From NCBI RefSeq assembly GCF_006345805.1, contig NC_043006.1, forward strand, positions 87,048,001 to 87,112,000: a stretch of 64,000 nt of DNA. Direction: 5' to 3'. The stretch is from Octopus sinensis (lineage: Eukaryota). The notes under the pieces are model-generated. The model was not told the DNA's origin and did not search any database. It saw only the letters and a program-made list of their open reading frames with translations. Positions 25,200-39,051 of this stretch are shown in pieces. Position 1 is the stretch's first letter. Each line of letters opens with the position of its first letter. Both the position numbers and the translations under genes were made by a program.

Positions 25200-26263
25200 T
25201 TTAAGGTTTAAAACTGTAAAATCAGCATTTTTTAACTCTAAAACAAAAAAACAACACATAGAGGTTTTGAGTTCTAAAGCCCTCAAAAAGGCAAAAAAAG
25301 CTAATTCAGAAGTGGAGATTTCAGCCTTCAAGATGAAGATCATACTGGATGTCCAGTTGAGTTTGATGATAAGCTCCTTGAGGCATTACTTGAAGAAAAT
25401 CCTGCAGTATCAGTTGAAGAATTGACAACAGAGCTTAGTTCAAACCATATAACTGTTCACCATCATCTTCAACAACTTGGAAAGGTTCCTGAACTTGTAA
25501 AATGGGTGCCTCATGAATTGTCTCAAAGCAACCGCAAATCCCGAGTTGACATCTGCTCTTCTCTGCATTCTCATGAACTCATTTCACCCTTTTTAGATAG
25601 ACTTGTGACTGGTGACACAAAATGGATCTTCTATCGAAATGTTAAACACTGTAAACAGTGGCTTGGTAAAAAGGAAAAGGCTCAACCACAACCGAGAAAA
25701 GAACTTCATGGGAAAAAGGTCCTTCTCTCTATCTGGTGGGATTGCAAAGGAGTAATTCACTTTGAATTGTTACCACCTAATGCAACAATCAATGCTCAAG
25801 TCTACTGTCAGCAATTAGAGTGTTTGAACCAGGTTTTGAAGAAAAGAAATCCCACTTTAGTGAATCGAAAAGGAGTGATGTTTCATCAGGACAATGTGCG
25901 ACCCCACACTGCAAAGATCACATCACAGAAGATTGAAGAGCTTGGTTGGAAAAAAATTCCTCATCCACCTTATTTTCCCAACCGTGCTCCTTCAGACTAC
26001 CATTTGTTTCGTAGTTTACAGAATCATTTGGGGGACATAATTTTCGCAAGCCTGGAGGAAATCGAAACTGATATTTCAGAGTTCTTTGCTTTGAAACCAA
26101 AAGAGTTTTACATTGATGGGATAAAAAAGCTTGTAAATAGAGGGAAGGATGTCATGGATAATCAGGGAAAGTACATTGATGATTAAATTTCAATTAAATA
26201 TAACATTTGATCACTTGTTTTCTTTATTCAAACTTCGGACAGAACTTATGGAATGACCTGAGA
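25200..26263 (+). mobile_element. Mariner (DD34D) transposon, 5' end lost; uninterrupted ORF 25422-26186
   Basis: WVPHEL, VTGD, HQDN-34aa-D in HPPYFPNRAPSDYHLF. In-frame upstream FRSGDFSLQDEDHTG. The 3' TIR (..cggacagaacttatggaatgacctgaga) is followed by TA. No 5' TIR is visible. Confidence 0.93.
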
Positions 26264-26324
26264 TATATAAATATATATATATATGTGTGTGTGTGTATGT
26301 GTATATATATATACATATATACAT

Positions 26325-26379
<55 letters not shown>

Positions 26380-26465
26380 TATATACATACATATATACAC
26401 ACACACATACATACATACACATATACACACACACATTCATATAGATATACACATATATACATACA

Positions 26466-26582
26466 GCCAAATGGCAGGAATATATACGTTGCTAAAGTGA
26501 CTGAGGGCACTAGTCAGTACAAGCATTGCTGGTGCTGACAAGAACCCTAAGTCACTTTAGTGATGTATATATTTCTGCCTTT
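26466..26582. repeat. Short foldback element
   Basis: ccaaatggcaggaatatatacgttgctaaagtgactgaggg pairs with ccctaagtcactttagtgatgtatatatttctgccttttgg. A related half-copy lies at about 19090-19195. Confidence 0.65.
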
Positions 26583-26634
26583 TGGTTGTAAAATTGCAAA
26601 CAAGCCAGACTTATGATTTATAATTTTCACATAA

Positions 26635-26679
<45 letters not shown>

Positions 26680-26707
26680 CACTCACACTCACACACACAC
26701 ACACGCA

Positions 26708-27305
26708 CAGGGTGCAGTGAATAAACTCTCATCTAAATTACACAAAAATCAAAATAACACTAACAACTCATTTTAACAGATATATTTACCAAAATTACAA
26801 TAAAATATCTTGAAATACTAAAGAGTAAATTTACTCAATAACACCGCCATTGGTTTCAACCACAGCCTCCAGACAACTTCGGAATCTCCTGCAGTTCTTC
26901 TGGACAGTCTCCTTGTTTAAGTTGGTGAATACTGCTATAATCCTTGCATACAGTTCCTCTTTGCTGTTTCAAGGAGTTTTGCTAGTCTCTCACTCAACTG
27001 TACCACACACATAATAATCAAGGGGGATGCAGTCTGGGGAGTTAAGTGGCCAAATGTTAAGGATTATGTGGTCTCAAAAATTGTCTGACAGTCATGACTG
27101 GGTTCTTCTGCTTGTGTGGCATGGTGCAGAGTCCTATTGCCAGATACACAGTCTTCCAGCGGCACTATCGCCTCCAGGCATTTGATGTAGGCCTCCATGT
27201 TGCAACTGAAGCCATATGAGAAGATGAATGAAGGCATAGTATCACCATTATTAGTGATCACTCCAAACACTATGATGTTGACTAGATATTTAATTTTTAT
27301 CGCTC
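26708..27305 (-). mobile_element. Tc1/mariner superfamily DD37D (maT-like) transposase 3' half, pseudogenised
   Basis: MVFGVIT..GD.MPSFIF, AYIKCLE, and DSAPCH...NSPDCIPLDYY with exactly 37 codons between the two Asp (two stops inside). Terminus cagggtg at 26708. Confidence 0.88.
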
Positions 27306-27309
27306 TTGG

Positions 27310-27523
27310 TACATGTCCACAGATTGCACTGGAACAGTATCGTGACCAATGCTAGCAATAATAAATACACCTATCATAACAATAAAAACTCCGTATTAGT
27401 CTCGGAGGTTAACCCCAACAGATTAAAGTTCTTATCCAAAAATTCCAAAATTAGAAACACAATTTACCAATGCAAAATTTCTGCGGGTACCGATGTCTTC
27501 TTTTACATAGGGGCAACTTCTTC

Positions 27524-27525
<2 letters not shown>
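27310..27525 (+). mobile_element. Penelope GIY-YIG endonuclease fragment
   Basis: NTIYQCKISAGTDVFFYIGATS matches the (V/I)Y...YIG motif pair. Confidence 0.7.
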
Positions 27526-27589
<64 letters not shown>

Positions 27590-28020
27590 TGTACAAACAA
27601 ACACACACATATATGTATGTGTGCATGTGTGTGTATAGATATAGATAGATAGAGGGAGGGATAGATAGATAGATAGATAAATAGATAAATGGATAGATAC
27701 CTATGATAAAACCAAGGTGCCACATAAAAAGCACCCTGGTTCACTTTGTAAAGTGATTGGCATTAGTAGGAGTATCCACTGTAGAAACCAAACCGAAACA
27801 GACTGTGGAACCAGGTGTGGTCCCTGGCCTCACCAGTTCCTGTTAAGTTCTCCAACCCACACCAGCATGGAAAAATGGACGTTAAACAATGATGATATAC
27901 ATACACTCACACACACATATATACATAAAACATGATTAGAGGATAAAATCATTAAAATTAGTGGATTTTATCAGTGGCCAGTATATGAAAACCTTTTAGG
28001 TAAAATACATTCAAAGAGAT

Positions 28021-28167
28021 AATTAATTGTATAGCATACAATTATACTGAAGCTATTATGCCTATATGCTGAAAGAATACGCTGAATAGGTATTAGTCCT
28101 GTTCTTTCAGCATACATGCATAATACAATTTTTGCCCTTAAGTATAATTGTATCCTATACAATTATT
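28021..28167. repeat. Foldback element with nested terminal mini-palindromes
   Basis: TIRs at 28021-28048 and 28141-28167 each contain AATTGTAT-nnn-ATACAATT. Inner arms are atgctgaaagaa / ttctttcagcat. Confidence 0.7.
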
Positions 28168-28299
28168 TCTCCCTTTCTCTGTATATATACCTCTAGCTAC
28201 TGATATAAATATATAAATATAAATATATACACATACATACATACATACACACAAACACCTTTTCCTTTTGTATATTTGTACTTATTTAAATTTCAGTTG

Positions 28300-28900
28300 A
28301 AGATTTTATAGAAAATATGACAATAGTTTCGCAGATGAATTTACAAATTCTGACAACGAAGGCAGAGAATGTTCTAGGTCATAATTGAGGCAAGTTTATG
28401 AATATTGAAGTGACAGAAGAGAACCAAGAAGATATTGATATTAAATTCAATAAAAGAAAACATTTTCCTCAATATTGATCAGAATTGGTGGAAATAAACA
28501 TTTTACTGGAATGGAAAGAATGAAATCCTATATTTGACTCAGAGTTCAATGTTTGGGTAAATGTATTAGACACAAATGTTATTGAGTTTTAAATAAATTT
28601 TACACTTGAATATTTCCTTGAGGGCTTATTTTGAAGGTAATACACAAGAGACATAGGCAAACTCTGTAAAGATGTGTATTTCAGTTTTGGTACAGTTAAT
28701 TTTCTCATGCACATAATTAAGTTGTTAGATGGTACAGCTAATGAGAACACTTGAGAGCACTGGAGAAATCTATTTCATAAGCTACTGATCTCTTAAGCTT
28801 GTAGATTTGTTGGTAAAGTGATTGATATTATGAAAGGTACTCATACACTAAGATATTACCCAACTGTTGATAATTCAAATGAATATTTGAATTTACAAAA
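28300..28900 (+). mobile_element. Possible highly decayed piggyBac transposase N-terminal half
   Basis: Acidic N-terminus (DEFTNSDNEG) and weak piggyBac-like segments (PIFDS..VNVLDTNVIEF; NFLMHIIKLL..EHWR; KVIDI..TVDNS), with many stops. Confidence 0.35.
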
Positions 28901-29062
28901 CAGATTAATTAAAACAGATTAATTTATTGCGGTCATGAATAAATTGATACAGAATACATTAAAACAGCCCCAATAAACATTTGTCATTAGTTTATGAATG
29001 TTCAAATTTCTGATTGGTTAAGATGTTGAACAAGCAGTTAAAAAATTACCTTTATATAATAA

Positions 29063-29660
29063 TGGTTGCAAATTTTGGTACAAAACCAGCACTCTTGGGA
29101 AAGGGAATAAGTTGATTACATTGCTTCCAGTGTTTAACTGGTTCTTATTTTGCTGACCAGACGGAATGGAGAGCAAAGTTTATGTTGGTGGAATCTGAAC
29201 ATATGTACAGAGCTAGAAGAAATGAATCTCAGCATTTTGTCTAACTCACAAATGATTCTGCCAGATTGCTATAATGATGATGATGATGTTGAGTTCTTTT
29301 ATTTGCCACCAGTGTGAAGGCTGAGTGGGACAATGCAAAGAAATACATAAAGTGTTGGGGGTTTACAAATAATGGAAAGATAAAAAAAAAAGTTTCAAAT
29401 TTTTCTACAAGGGCAACAATTTTGTTTGCAGGGGATAAGTTGATTATATCGACCCCAGTGTTCAACTGGTACTTATTTCATTGACCCCAAAAGGACGAAA
29501 GGTAAAGTTGACCTCGACAGAATTTGAACTTAAAGCATAGTGATGGGCAAAATACCACTAAGCATTTCATCCAGCGTGCTAATGATTCTGCCAGCTGACT
29601 GCCTTCATAACAACAACAACAACAATAATAATAATAATAATGATAATAATAATAATAATG

Positions 29661-29692
<32 letters not shown>

Positions 29693-29744
29693 AATAATGA
29701 TAATGATAATAATAATAATAATAGTAATAATAATAATAATAATG

Positions 29745-29775
<31 letters not shown>

Positions 29776-30945
29776 TTTCAAATTTTGGGACAAGGCCAGC
29801 AATTTCGTTGGAGGGACTACATTGACCCCAGTGTTCAACCGGTACTTATTTTACCAATCCGAAAAGGATAAAAGGCAAAGTTGACCTCGAAGGAATTTTA
29901 ACTCAGAACATAAAGATGGACGAGATGCCGCTAAGCATTTCACCCAGCATGCTAACAATTAGTATCCGTATGGGAACGTTTTAGCAAAATGTAGAGCATT
30001 TGAAATTTAGGATGAAACAGTGACACATTCTGCTGCAGAATTCCACAAGTTGACCACATAGAGTATAAGAAATGGAGACATTTTCTAGTTGTGAAAGTTT
30101 TACACTGGAAGGTTTGTTGAAAATGGAACTTTGAAGCAAGAAGTACATGGTACAGTCTTTGGATAGATTTCTTAAAATTTTCTCAGAGAGGATTTGGAAC
30201 ATGGAAGCTGTAAAGATTGCACCTGTAGCAACTGGTACATTTGTGACTGTGAGTGGTGAAATAGACAACTAGATAAAGAAGATTGGACTGGAATATCCTG
30301 TAGAGCATCTACAGAATGTTTACCTCTTAGAAATAGGCAAGATTATCCGAAGGCTTTTGTGTGCTTAATGGTTTATTGAAAGCATGTGGATATCTAACAT
30401 TACAGATGTTAACCTGCAGCCCACATAAATTCTATTAGGAATAAGATCAATCTTGAGTCAAAAAGATTATAAAAGTAATAATGACAATAATTTCAAATGT
30501 TGGCTCAAGGCCAGCAGTTTCAGGGAAAGGAGTCAGTCGATTACATCAACCTCAGTGTTCCACTGGTACTTATTTCATCAACACAAAATGGATTACAAGC
30601 AAAATCAACCACAGTGGAATTTTTACTCAGAATGCAAAGACAGCTGAAATACCCCAAAGCATTTTGCCTCATGTGCTAAGAATTTTGCCAACTCACTCCC
30701 TCAGTAATAATAATAATGGCTTCAAATTTTGGCACTAGGCCAGTACATTCAAGGCACGGAGTAAGTCAATTGCACTGACCCCAGAGCTCAACTGGTACTT
30801 ATTATATCGATTCCCAAAAAATAAAAAAGCTAAGTTGACTTCAGCAGAATTGGAACTCAGAACATAAGGACAGATGAAGTGCTGCTAAGCATTTTGTCTG
30901 GCACAGTAATGACTCTGCCAGCTCGCCACCTTAATAACAATAATA
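29063..30945 (-). mobile_element. Head-to-tail array of five OR-type SINE copies separated by (TAA)n/(TGA)n tracts
   Basis: Copies at about 29063-29270, 29392-29605, 29775-29960, 30487-30702 and 30716-30932. All read ttcaaattttgg...gaccccagtg..aactggtactt...tctgccagct on the plus strand (the third is truncated). Confidence 0.88.
29962..30480 (+). mobile_element. R4/Dong-like LINE 3' fragment (restriction-like endonuclease end plus 3'UTR)
   Basis: ERIWNMEAVKIAPVATGTF...LQNVYLLEIGKIIRRLL resembles R4-clade C-termini (IPVVIGALG..LQKACLLGTARILRKVL). It runs into TAA repeats. Confidence 0.7.
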
Positions 30946-32089
30946 ATAATAAGCCTATTATATACAGTGCTCAAGTGCACTATAGTTTCAAGAACAGGAA
31001 CGAATTCTTTTAGGAATGATGTCTGCACTAGATGTGTATCATATCCAGGAGCATATTCGTCTTTGATCTGCTAAACACTAATGAATTTAGATTTATGTAC
31101 TAGCCTAATGAGTCTCGAGGACTTCCAAAGACTTTTGTCACTTATCATTTCAAACTAGGAAACGATTTTACTGAATTTTTTTCTCTTCATTTATATGGAT
31201 GTCAGATGAAAAAAAGGAAATTTTAAGTGATTGTTATCTACTAAGTCGGTAAAAATGTGTCCATCTGAACATTCATTGCATACTGAATATAAAGTGGATG
31301 ACAACACTCTGTGTGCAGTATATACAATTCACTTATTTACATTATATTTATCATAAACTATATTGCTAAAATGTGTAAGTAGGTATGTGTATATGTGTGT
31401 GAATGTGTATATACATGCATACACACACAGACATGCATGCATGCACACACATTTATTTGATTTGAATGCCATATGCTTTGGTAGATCACAACATGAAATT
31501 AAAAATATATTTAGATGTGCATCAGGACCAACCATAGTAATTTAATCATGGAATATTGTTTACGATTCAGCTACACTAATAGCAAACTTACAAAAGAGTG
31601 CATCAGCAAAAATACATCCTCACCACTGACAACAACAACAACTAAATCACCATAACTAATACTTTCATGGCAAGTCTATGGATGGTATTAAGTTGCTATT
31701 CCTGTTTCTAGATATTTGATGCATCGTTTTTATTTAATAACAAAAAATCAAAATCACTCATTGCATTTTTTATTTTGTAAAGTCTTATTATTATTATCAT
31801 TATTATTATCGTTATTGTTATTATACTGGATATTGGATTGGTAAAATTGTCAAAAAAAAGAAATGTCATGAATGTTTGTTTTGGCTTTTCGTGTTCTGAG
31901 TTCAAATCCTGCTGATGTCAATTTTGTATAAGTTCATTGGAAGTTGGGGAATAAATTAAGAATACCAAGAACTAGCAGCAATTTAATCTATTTATTCCTC
32001 TCCTCAAAGTCAATGGCTTTTGTCAAAATTGGAAACAAGTAATTTTATTATTATAATTATACAAAAGTTATATCATGCTAAATTGATTA

Positions 32090-32270
32090 GCAGGGACGTT
32101 CTACTGAGGTTTGGTGACAACAATTCTCCTCAAACCTCAATAATCTTCCTTAGAATTTTTGTCATATATAGGATGGAACTTTTCTGCAGATAAATAATAC
32201 AATTAATAAGATGGATTTTGATTCCAATATCCTTCAACTTCATAAGTAGCAGTCCTGAGAGTGCACTAAT
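32090..32270 (-). mobile_element. R4/Dong-like LINE extreme 3' fragment
   Basis: Minus-strand LKDIGIKI...LQKSSILYMTKILRKIIEV*. Confidence 0.55.
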
Positions 32271-33550
32271 TACCATCATCATCAATTAATGTCTGTTTTC
32301 CTTACTGCATGGGATTGATAGTTTGACAAGATCTGATGAACCAGAGGGCTATGTCAAACCCCAATATCTGCTTGGGCATGGTTTTTATGACCAGATGCCT
32401 TCCTAAATGCCAACCACTTTACAGAGTGCATTTTTTCATGGCACTGGCACTAGTGGGCTAACCAAGAAACTCACAAGACAAAAGAAGACCCTCATCTGAG
32501 TGAGGGTGTAGCAGAGAAGGGCATGGCCTTATGTCAGATGTTGAGAGGCTAAAGTATACAGAGCAACAAAAATTGGTATTTTTCTGTAGACAAGATTACA
32601 AGGGGTCAGGATGTATACTCAGGGTGTATATAAGAAAGAATAAGAACAGAGGATCAAGAGTAGGGAGTGAAGTTTGTAATCAACTAGTCCCTCCTTCAAC
32701 ATTTCAGGCCTTGTGCTTAAAATTGATAGAAAAAGTATGTCTTCCTGTACAACATAATTGTTGAAATCCAGTATTGCAGCACTGATGGTGTCTTCTGTAT
32801 TAAACAAACTGCTGCTACCTTCATGATACACAGAGCCTGTCAATGTTACTTTTAGAGTGGTGTGTGTACATTATGTATTCTGAACAGCATCACCATCATG
32901 CAAATAGTGCAAGCACATTCAACCATGGGGAAATATTAACTTACTTGGAAACAAGAGAGGGTTACTGACAGGAAGACCATCCAGCCACAGGAAATCTACC
33001 TCGATCTGATCCATGCAAGTAATTCTGTCCGATCCATGCAAGTATGGAAAATGCTTGGAATGGAATGAACTCTACTAAATGCACTCAATATCCACCTAGT
33101 ACAGCTGAACTGGATGACTGATTTGTAATGTCCAAGTTTAGAAGATGCATTTTCCAAGTTGGACTTTAATTCTGCTTTCTATTATCTTTTACTTATCTTC
33201 CAGTGTATGATGATACACCCATTTTAACAATTTATATCTTATCACCTTCATTAATTTTTTTTAAAAAGCCATTACAGAAGGATGTGTACATGAAAGAAAA
33301 ATGTTTTTAAAATTTTGAAAAATCTAGTAATACAAATATAAAAAGGTAAGATACTATGGTCACAAAAAATAAATATAGTAATAATCTATATTCTACCCTG
33401 GCACTTGTATTTTTAGTGAAAGTAAAAATTTGTGAAAAAAATTCTTAAGCAACAAAAACAGGAAACATTTCAAGCTCTAATGAATTAATGAACTATGGAA
33501 TGGAGATAAAATGGTTTATGTAGAGAAATACTGGACAGAAAACAGTTTAA

Positions 33551-33771
33551 CCCATTAGTGTTTGCATTATTCAACCAAAATTAATGCTTTTTTATCCACA
33601 TTGTTTTGAACTAATCATGCATCATCTTGTAGCTATGAGATTTTGATGAGGTGGCTGTTAATTTTTAAAACGATATTGTAGGGCTGGTGTGAGAGACCAG
33701 ATCTGGCCAGTTTGACCATAAAACAGGCAGAATACTTCTGGCTGGATATGGCTGGTTTAAATGCTAAAGGG
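33551..33771. mobile_element. piggyBac-type MITE
   Basis: TTAA at 33547-33550 and 33772-33775 flanks CCC...GGG termini with TIR cccattagtgttt / aaatgctaaaggg. Confidence 0.85.
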
Positions 33772-34499
33772 TTAAGGTGTTAAAAAGACAAAGGCATAGC
33801 AAGTAGAAGGAATAGGGATCAGTGACTCTGGGTATGGCTGTAAAAGAACGGAAAAGTCCATCTACACCATCATATTTGTTAATTAAGGTGAGGGTAAACA
33901 CTAAAAGTATCTTTGCTCCTGAGTGCTGAAAACTCTTACTGTGCTACCAATTAAAATGAAAATAATTCAATGTAGGGCACTCACCAAAAATTATCATTAA
34001 AGGTATTCATCTGTAGCTGTGGCTGTTATTGTTATTGTTTAATTCTGGGTCTGTCCTGATCAAGAACTCTCATTAAAAGTATTCTAGCCATGACCTTAGA
34101 AGTAGCTTATGTAATGCATTATTTCTTTTTAAATGCAACTTAGGGAGATTTGGCTACTATTTCTAAGAGACTGCACAATTTATAGAGACTCCGTCATTGT
34201 AGCTGAATCATCAGGAATTGATACTTGAGAGTGAAGGAATTATATGTAGGATAGCGGGTCAATATTCAATAATTTACAGCAAACAGATCAACCAGGAATC
34301 ATGCATAAATAATGAGTGCTTAGTTAAACATAAAAAGCCACAAAATGAGATATGAAAGGTAGTAAAATTACTGTGTTAACTAAGATATGCTAGCAACTTC
34401 AGTAAAGTGCTTTCAACTCAAAATCATAACCAAATGAATGGAATCGGTTCACTGAGAAATTAGCATAACTTCACAGTGCTAGTTACATAAATCACACAT

Positions 34500-34579
34500 A
34501 ATAATATAACAGAAAACGACGACAACAACAACAACAACAATTTTTAAAAATCAATATAACAATAATAATAATAATAATG

Positions 34580-34620
<41 letters not shown>

Positions 34621-34656
34621 CATAATAATAATAATAATAATAATAATATAATAACC

Positions 34657-34688
<32 letters not shown>

Positions 34689-34720
34689 CATAATAACAAT
34701 AATAATAATAATTTCTGATA
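34500..34720. repeat. Compound (CAA)n/(TAA)n microsatellite
   Basis: Seen directly; source of poly-I/L/Y pseudo-ORFs. Confidence 0.95.
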
Positions 34721-35517
34721 TCATCACTACCACCACAATAATTATTAAAGTCTATTTTCAATACTGTTATTGGTTAGACGGAAATTAATATAAAAGAAGA
34801 CAAAAATATAACGAAAGTTAAGCGAGGGTAGTCCAACGATTGCAATGAAACATCACTAATGGAAAAATGGGAGAATTTTATTGAAAGCTAAACATTTTAA
34901 TATTCTTCACTGCTGTCATTTGAGAGGAAGTTGTTCAAAGTTTATGTTAACAAGTTACAACCTGACTAGCCATTCTCCCCTCTTACTACCATGATAAAAG
35001 ATAGTGCAGTGGCAGACAATAAGCAACAAAAACTAGCTGCCAAGCTTTTCATAGGTAATATTTGATACGTCTTGGAGATTTCACCCAGATAGAGAGACAA
35101 CGACCATGGGTTTAGAGAAATATCACAGGATATTAAATTTGATAAATGGAACCCCAAAGTCCAAAGTACTTACTATCGTATGAGGAGTTATGTGTGTGTG
35201 CATGTGCACGTGTGCACCTGCATGCATGTGTGTGTAGTTATGTTCTGTATATATGTGTGTACAGATGGGAATAAACTGTCAAAAATGATGGAGAAGGATT
35301 TGTATATTTCTGAAAAAATATTCTTGAAACAAAATATTTTACAGAAAGCATGATGGAAGTTAAAGCAAACAATGTGGCTTTAGAATTGATGTTTATCCAA
35401 TCTAGTTCTGGGCCTTCTGCTTGTGAGTGAATCGAACACAATAATAAGGTTGTTTGAGATACTTTCTTTCTGGGATCATCAAAAGAGTTACCAGTTTCAA
35501 TCTTGATTGAGCTTACC

Positions 35518-35519
35518 TA

Positions 35520-35550
<31 letters not shown>

Positions 35551-35798
35551 ATGCGCCCTTTTAAAGCCTAGCCAGGCTCTTGGACCCAGTTTCCCAGTTT
35601 CTAGGGCGTATGAGTTCCCCAGCTGGACGGGATGCCAGTCTATCGCAGCGTTACTCATTTTTGCCAGCTGAGTGGACTGGAGCAATGTGAAATGAAGTAT
35701 TTTGCTCAAGAACACAATGCGTCACCTGGTCCAGGAATCGAAACCACGATCTTACGATCATGGTGCTGACACCCTAACCACTAAGCCATGCGCCTCCA
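35518..35798 (-). mobile_element. Near-intact tRNA-derived SINE with (TTTA)n tail
   Basis: Minus-strand head ggaggcgcatggcttagtggttagggtgtc..ggtttcgattcc (A and B boxes) and an (AAAT)n tract at the 3' end. Confidence 0.88.
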
Positions 35799-37710
35799 CT
35801 GAGCTTACCTATGACCAAATATAATTCTGCCACGATTTCTCCTGGTCATTATGCATCAAGAGCAACATCATCTAATATGTTGCTCCAAAATAGTAGGGTG
35901 TAACTTGAAAATTGTAAACTATTTCTAGCAAGTAAATCAACCATGCTGATGCTCTTTTGTTTGTGTAAGCCCAAGTTACAAGCTACTGTCATTAGCAAAT
36001 TATCTATATCTTAACCTTGAGAAAATTAGCTTGAGGGTAATATTATAAAATATTGATTTCAAACTTTAGCACAAGGCCAGCAATTTCAGGTGAGAGGATA
36101 AATTGATTACATTAAACCCAGTGCTCAACTGTTACTTATTATACTGACCCAGAAAGGATGAAAGGCAAAGTCAGCCTTGGTGGAATTTGAATCAGAACAT
36201 AAAGACAGACAAGTGCCTCTAAGAATTTTGCTCAGTGTGCTAATGATTCTGCCAGCTTGCCATTTTAAATATTATAAAATATTATTTGCAATGACCATTG
36301 ATAAGTCAAAGGAATAATATTTTTCTAGATTATTCATTTCACTTGTAGAGCTTCATCAGTACAACAACTATCATCATTATCATCATTTGATGTCTGCTTA
36401 TCATGTAGGCTTGACTTGGCTTGGCTTAGACAAGTTATTCAAGTCTGAGTCAGCTTTTTATTCAGGCTTACTGCTCTCCATTATGGACTGGAGGATCACA
36501 TCCCACTGGTACATTTCCTTATCTCTTGGCTTTTTCTCTGAGTTGGATGCTTTTTCTAATAGCAACCATTTTCAGAGTGGACTTGGTGTATTGTATAGCA
36601 TTAATCCCCTCCCCACAAAACACTACACATATAATACCACTGCACACATTCCAGCCCTCCATAAACACCAATCTTAAAACATACACACATTCACCATTTT
36701 CACTTTTCCAGAAAACTCGTTGCCTTGCAACACCCCCAGAGGCCATTTTTGGTACCAAGGAACACAACTCTTAACTTAACCCATGCTTGGTCTGTCTGCC
36801 ATCTTTTTCATAGCAACCAAAAACTAGATGTGTCTTTTCACATCCAACAGCAGAGAGCAGTCACCATATTTTCTTCCATAACTGCCTTCTTTGAGGAGCA
36901 CAGGGTTACATAATTGGGCTGTTATCTAACACCCTGAGAGATTGTGATGAGAGCTCAAATTGGATGATATATGTGGAGAATGATAAAGGCTTCAAAACAT
37001 ATGGGATGAAGTGAAGAAAACTGATTTCAAGCTACTGAATCTCACAAAAAAAATAAACGATGACAAAGAACCATGACAATTGGCAACATTCAGCGCTTCA
37101 GGAACTCAGTTCCTTTCAGCCAGCACGGTAGAGAGAAGGCTAAAAAATTAGTGTTGGTGGTGGGGATGTTCTTACTATAGTCATCCGTTGCTCCATCCCA
37201 ACCTTTTTTTCTCTTACAGACTTCTCAAACTCTCTACTTGGGATGATTTTACTGTATTATCCTTTGCTTTACTTTATCCTCATCTTTGTGATACTTGCCT
37301 ACTTTTATTTTTCCCCTGCATTCACCCATTTCTCTCTCCTTGCCTCACAGCTGCCTCCCCCAGGCTGGTTTCTCAGCTCCCTCAACATAAACTCATTCTA
37401 GTTGACATCACAATCCTCATACTTTTCATTCCTTCCCTGACCATCCCCACATAGCCTCTCTAGATCTTCAACACCCTCATTTCTTTCTCCTTTCCATCCA
37501 TATTCACCTTTATAATATAGCACTGGATTCCTACCTGCCCAACCTAACCACCACATGTAATACTCTGGCCCTCACCCTTTCTCATCAATTCCTTCCTCCC
37601 TTTTTCCCATTCCATAATCCCTTCCTGAACTCTCTCCATTACCACCCTCTAACTATAAAAAAATTATTCAGCTCACCATAATTTACTCTCTCTCAACACT
37701 TCACCTGAAA

Positions 37711-37761
<51 letters not shown>

Positions 37762-39051
37762 CTCTCCTATCCTTTTCTACTCTAGTAATTCACAAGATGA
37801 CCTCACTAGTGGTAGTACCCTGAATAAAGCACCCTGAACACTTCATAAAATGGTCAGTGAATCAGGTAGAGAAAAATAAGGTTGTTTTCAGTTTTGCTTA
37901 TGGTAAGACAACCTCTACAGTGTTGGTACCACAAAAAAATGTACCCAGTACACTTCAAATGGTTGGCATTAGGAAAGACTTCCAGCCATTGAAACCAAAC
38001 CATGTCAAAACTGAGACACTGAAGAATGGATCTTGTTAAAATGTCAGACCAATTCTAACACAGGAAGCAGATTTAATATGATGATGATTTCATTGCCAAT
38101 ATATACCTTATGGATGATGCAAATAGTCTGGAAAATTATAACCTTAATATCTGCAGCATTTAGAAATTTAACCAAATATCAGATATTTTCATACCCAATG
38201 AAAAACATTATGAAAATATATCCAAAACAGCAGCAGAAATAATTTGAAGCATACTGTATATTATTTTTATATCTTTTTAAATGTTTATTATTTATTATAC
38301 TTAAGAAAAACATTCTATAATATATACTTGTTTATTTATTCTCTAGTTGTTCTGCCTAATATTTACCAAAACCATTAAAGTGTGGTGAATCTGGGTGTCT
38401 TGTAATATCCATGTTAAGATGACATTGTCCAAATATCATTACGTGAAAAGCTTACCAATATTGATAAATCTCTAATGGCAAAAAATTTTTCATATGCATA
38501 TTCACAGAATACACAGAATGAAAAAATGTTTAACACTATACATTAGAGGCTTAAATAATTTTTCTTGTGTCTTATTAATGGGCATTGTAAATGAGGATAA
38601 AACATCATGCAGAGTTAATGTGTTATACATGCCTTGTGGATTTATCTACATATGATGTGGATTGGGAGCATTGTGGATGCATGTATCTTATGAATATTGA
38701 TTAGAAATGAAACAAAGTTACCTGGAACCCAACAAGGTTTGTTTCTTGCCAATGTTGTTTTGTGTCAGGGTGTTTGCATATGTTCGTACATACATCTACA
38801 TATTTAACAGGGAAAATGTTTAGTTTCACTCAGAAATGTATATAAGAACATGTACAAACAATTGTTTGGTTTAAGCACACATAATGTTAACAATTCTCTG
38901 TGTAGTATGTGTGCAAACACATACTACACATTCACACACACAAATACATACATATATGAATATATTCATATACACATAAATGTTTGGGAATGCAAGCAGG
39001 AAAAATAGAATTCAAAACATGAGTATGAATATATATATATTTGTTAATGTT

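Noticed and set aside
25165-25425. Splice acceptor upstream of the mariner ORF (SETMAR-like exon capture)
   Set aside because: The frame open from ttttttAG| is out of frame with the transposase, and the transposase frame has a TAA just before FRSG.
29063-30945. Repeat-spacer appearance (CRISPR-like)
   Set aside because: Units are ~200-bp eukaryotic SINEs separated by microsatellites, with no cas genes.
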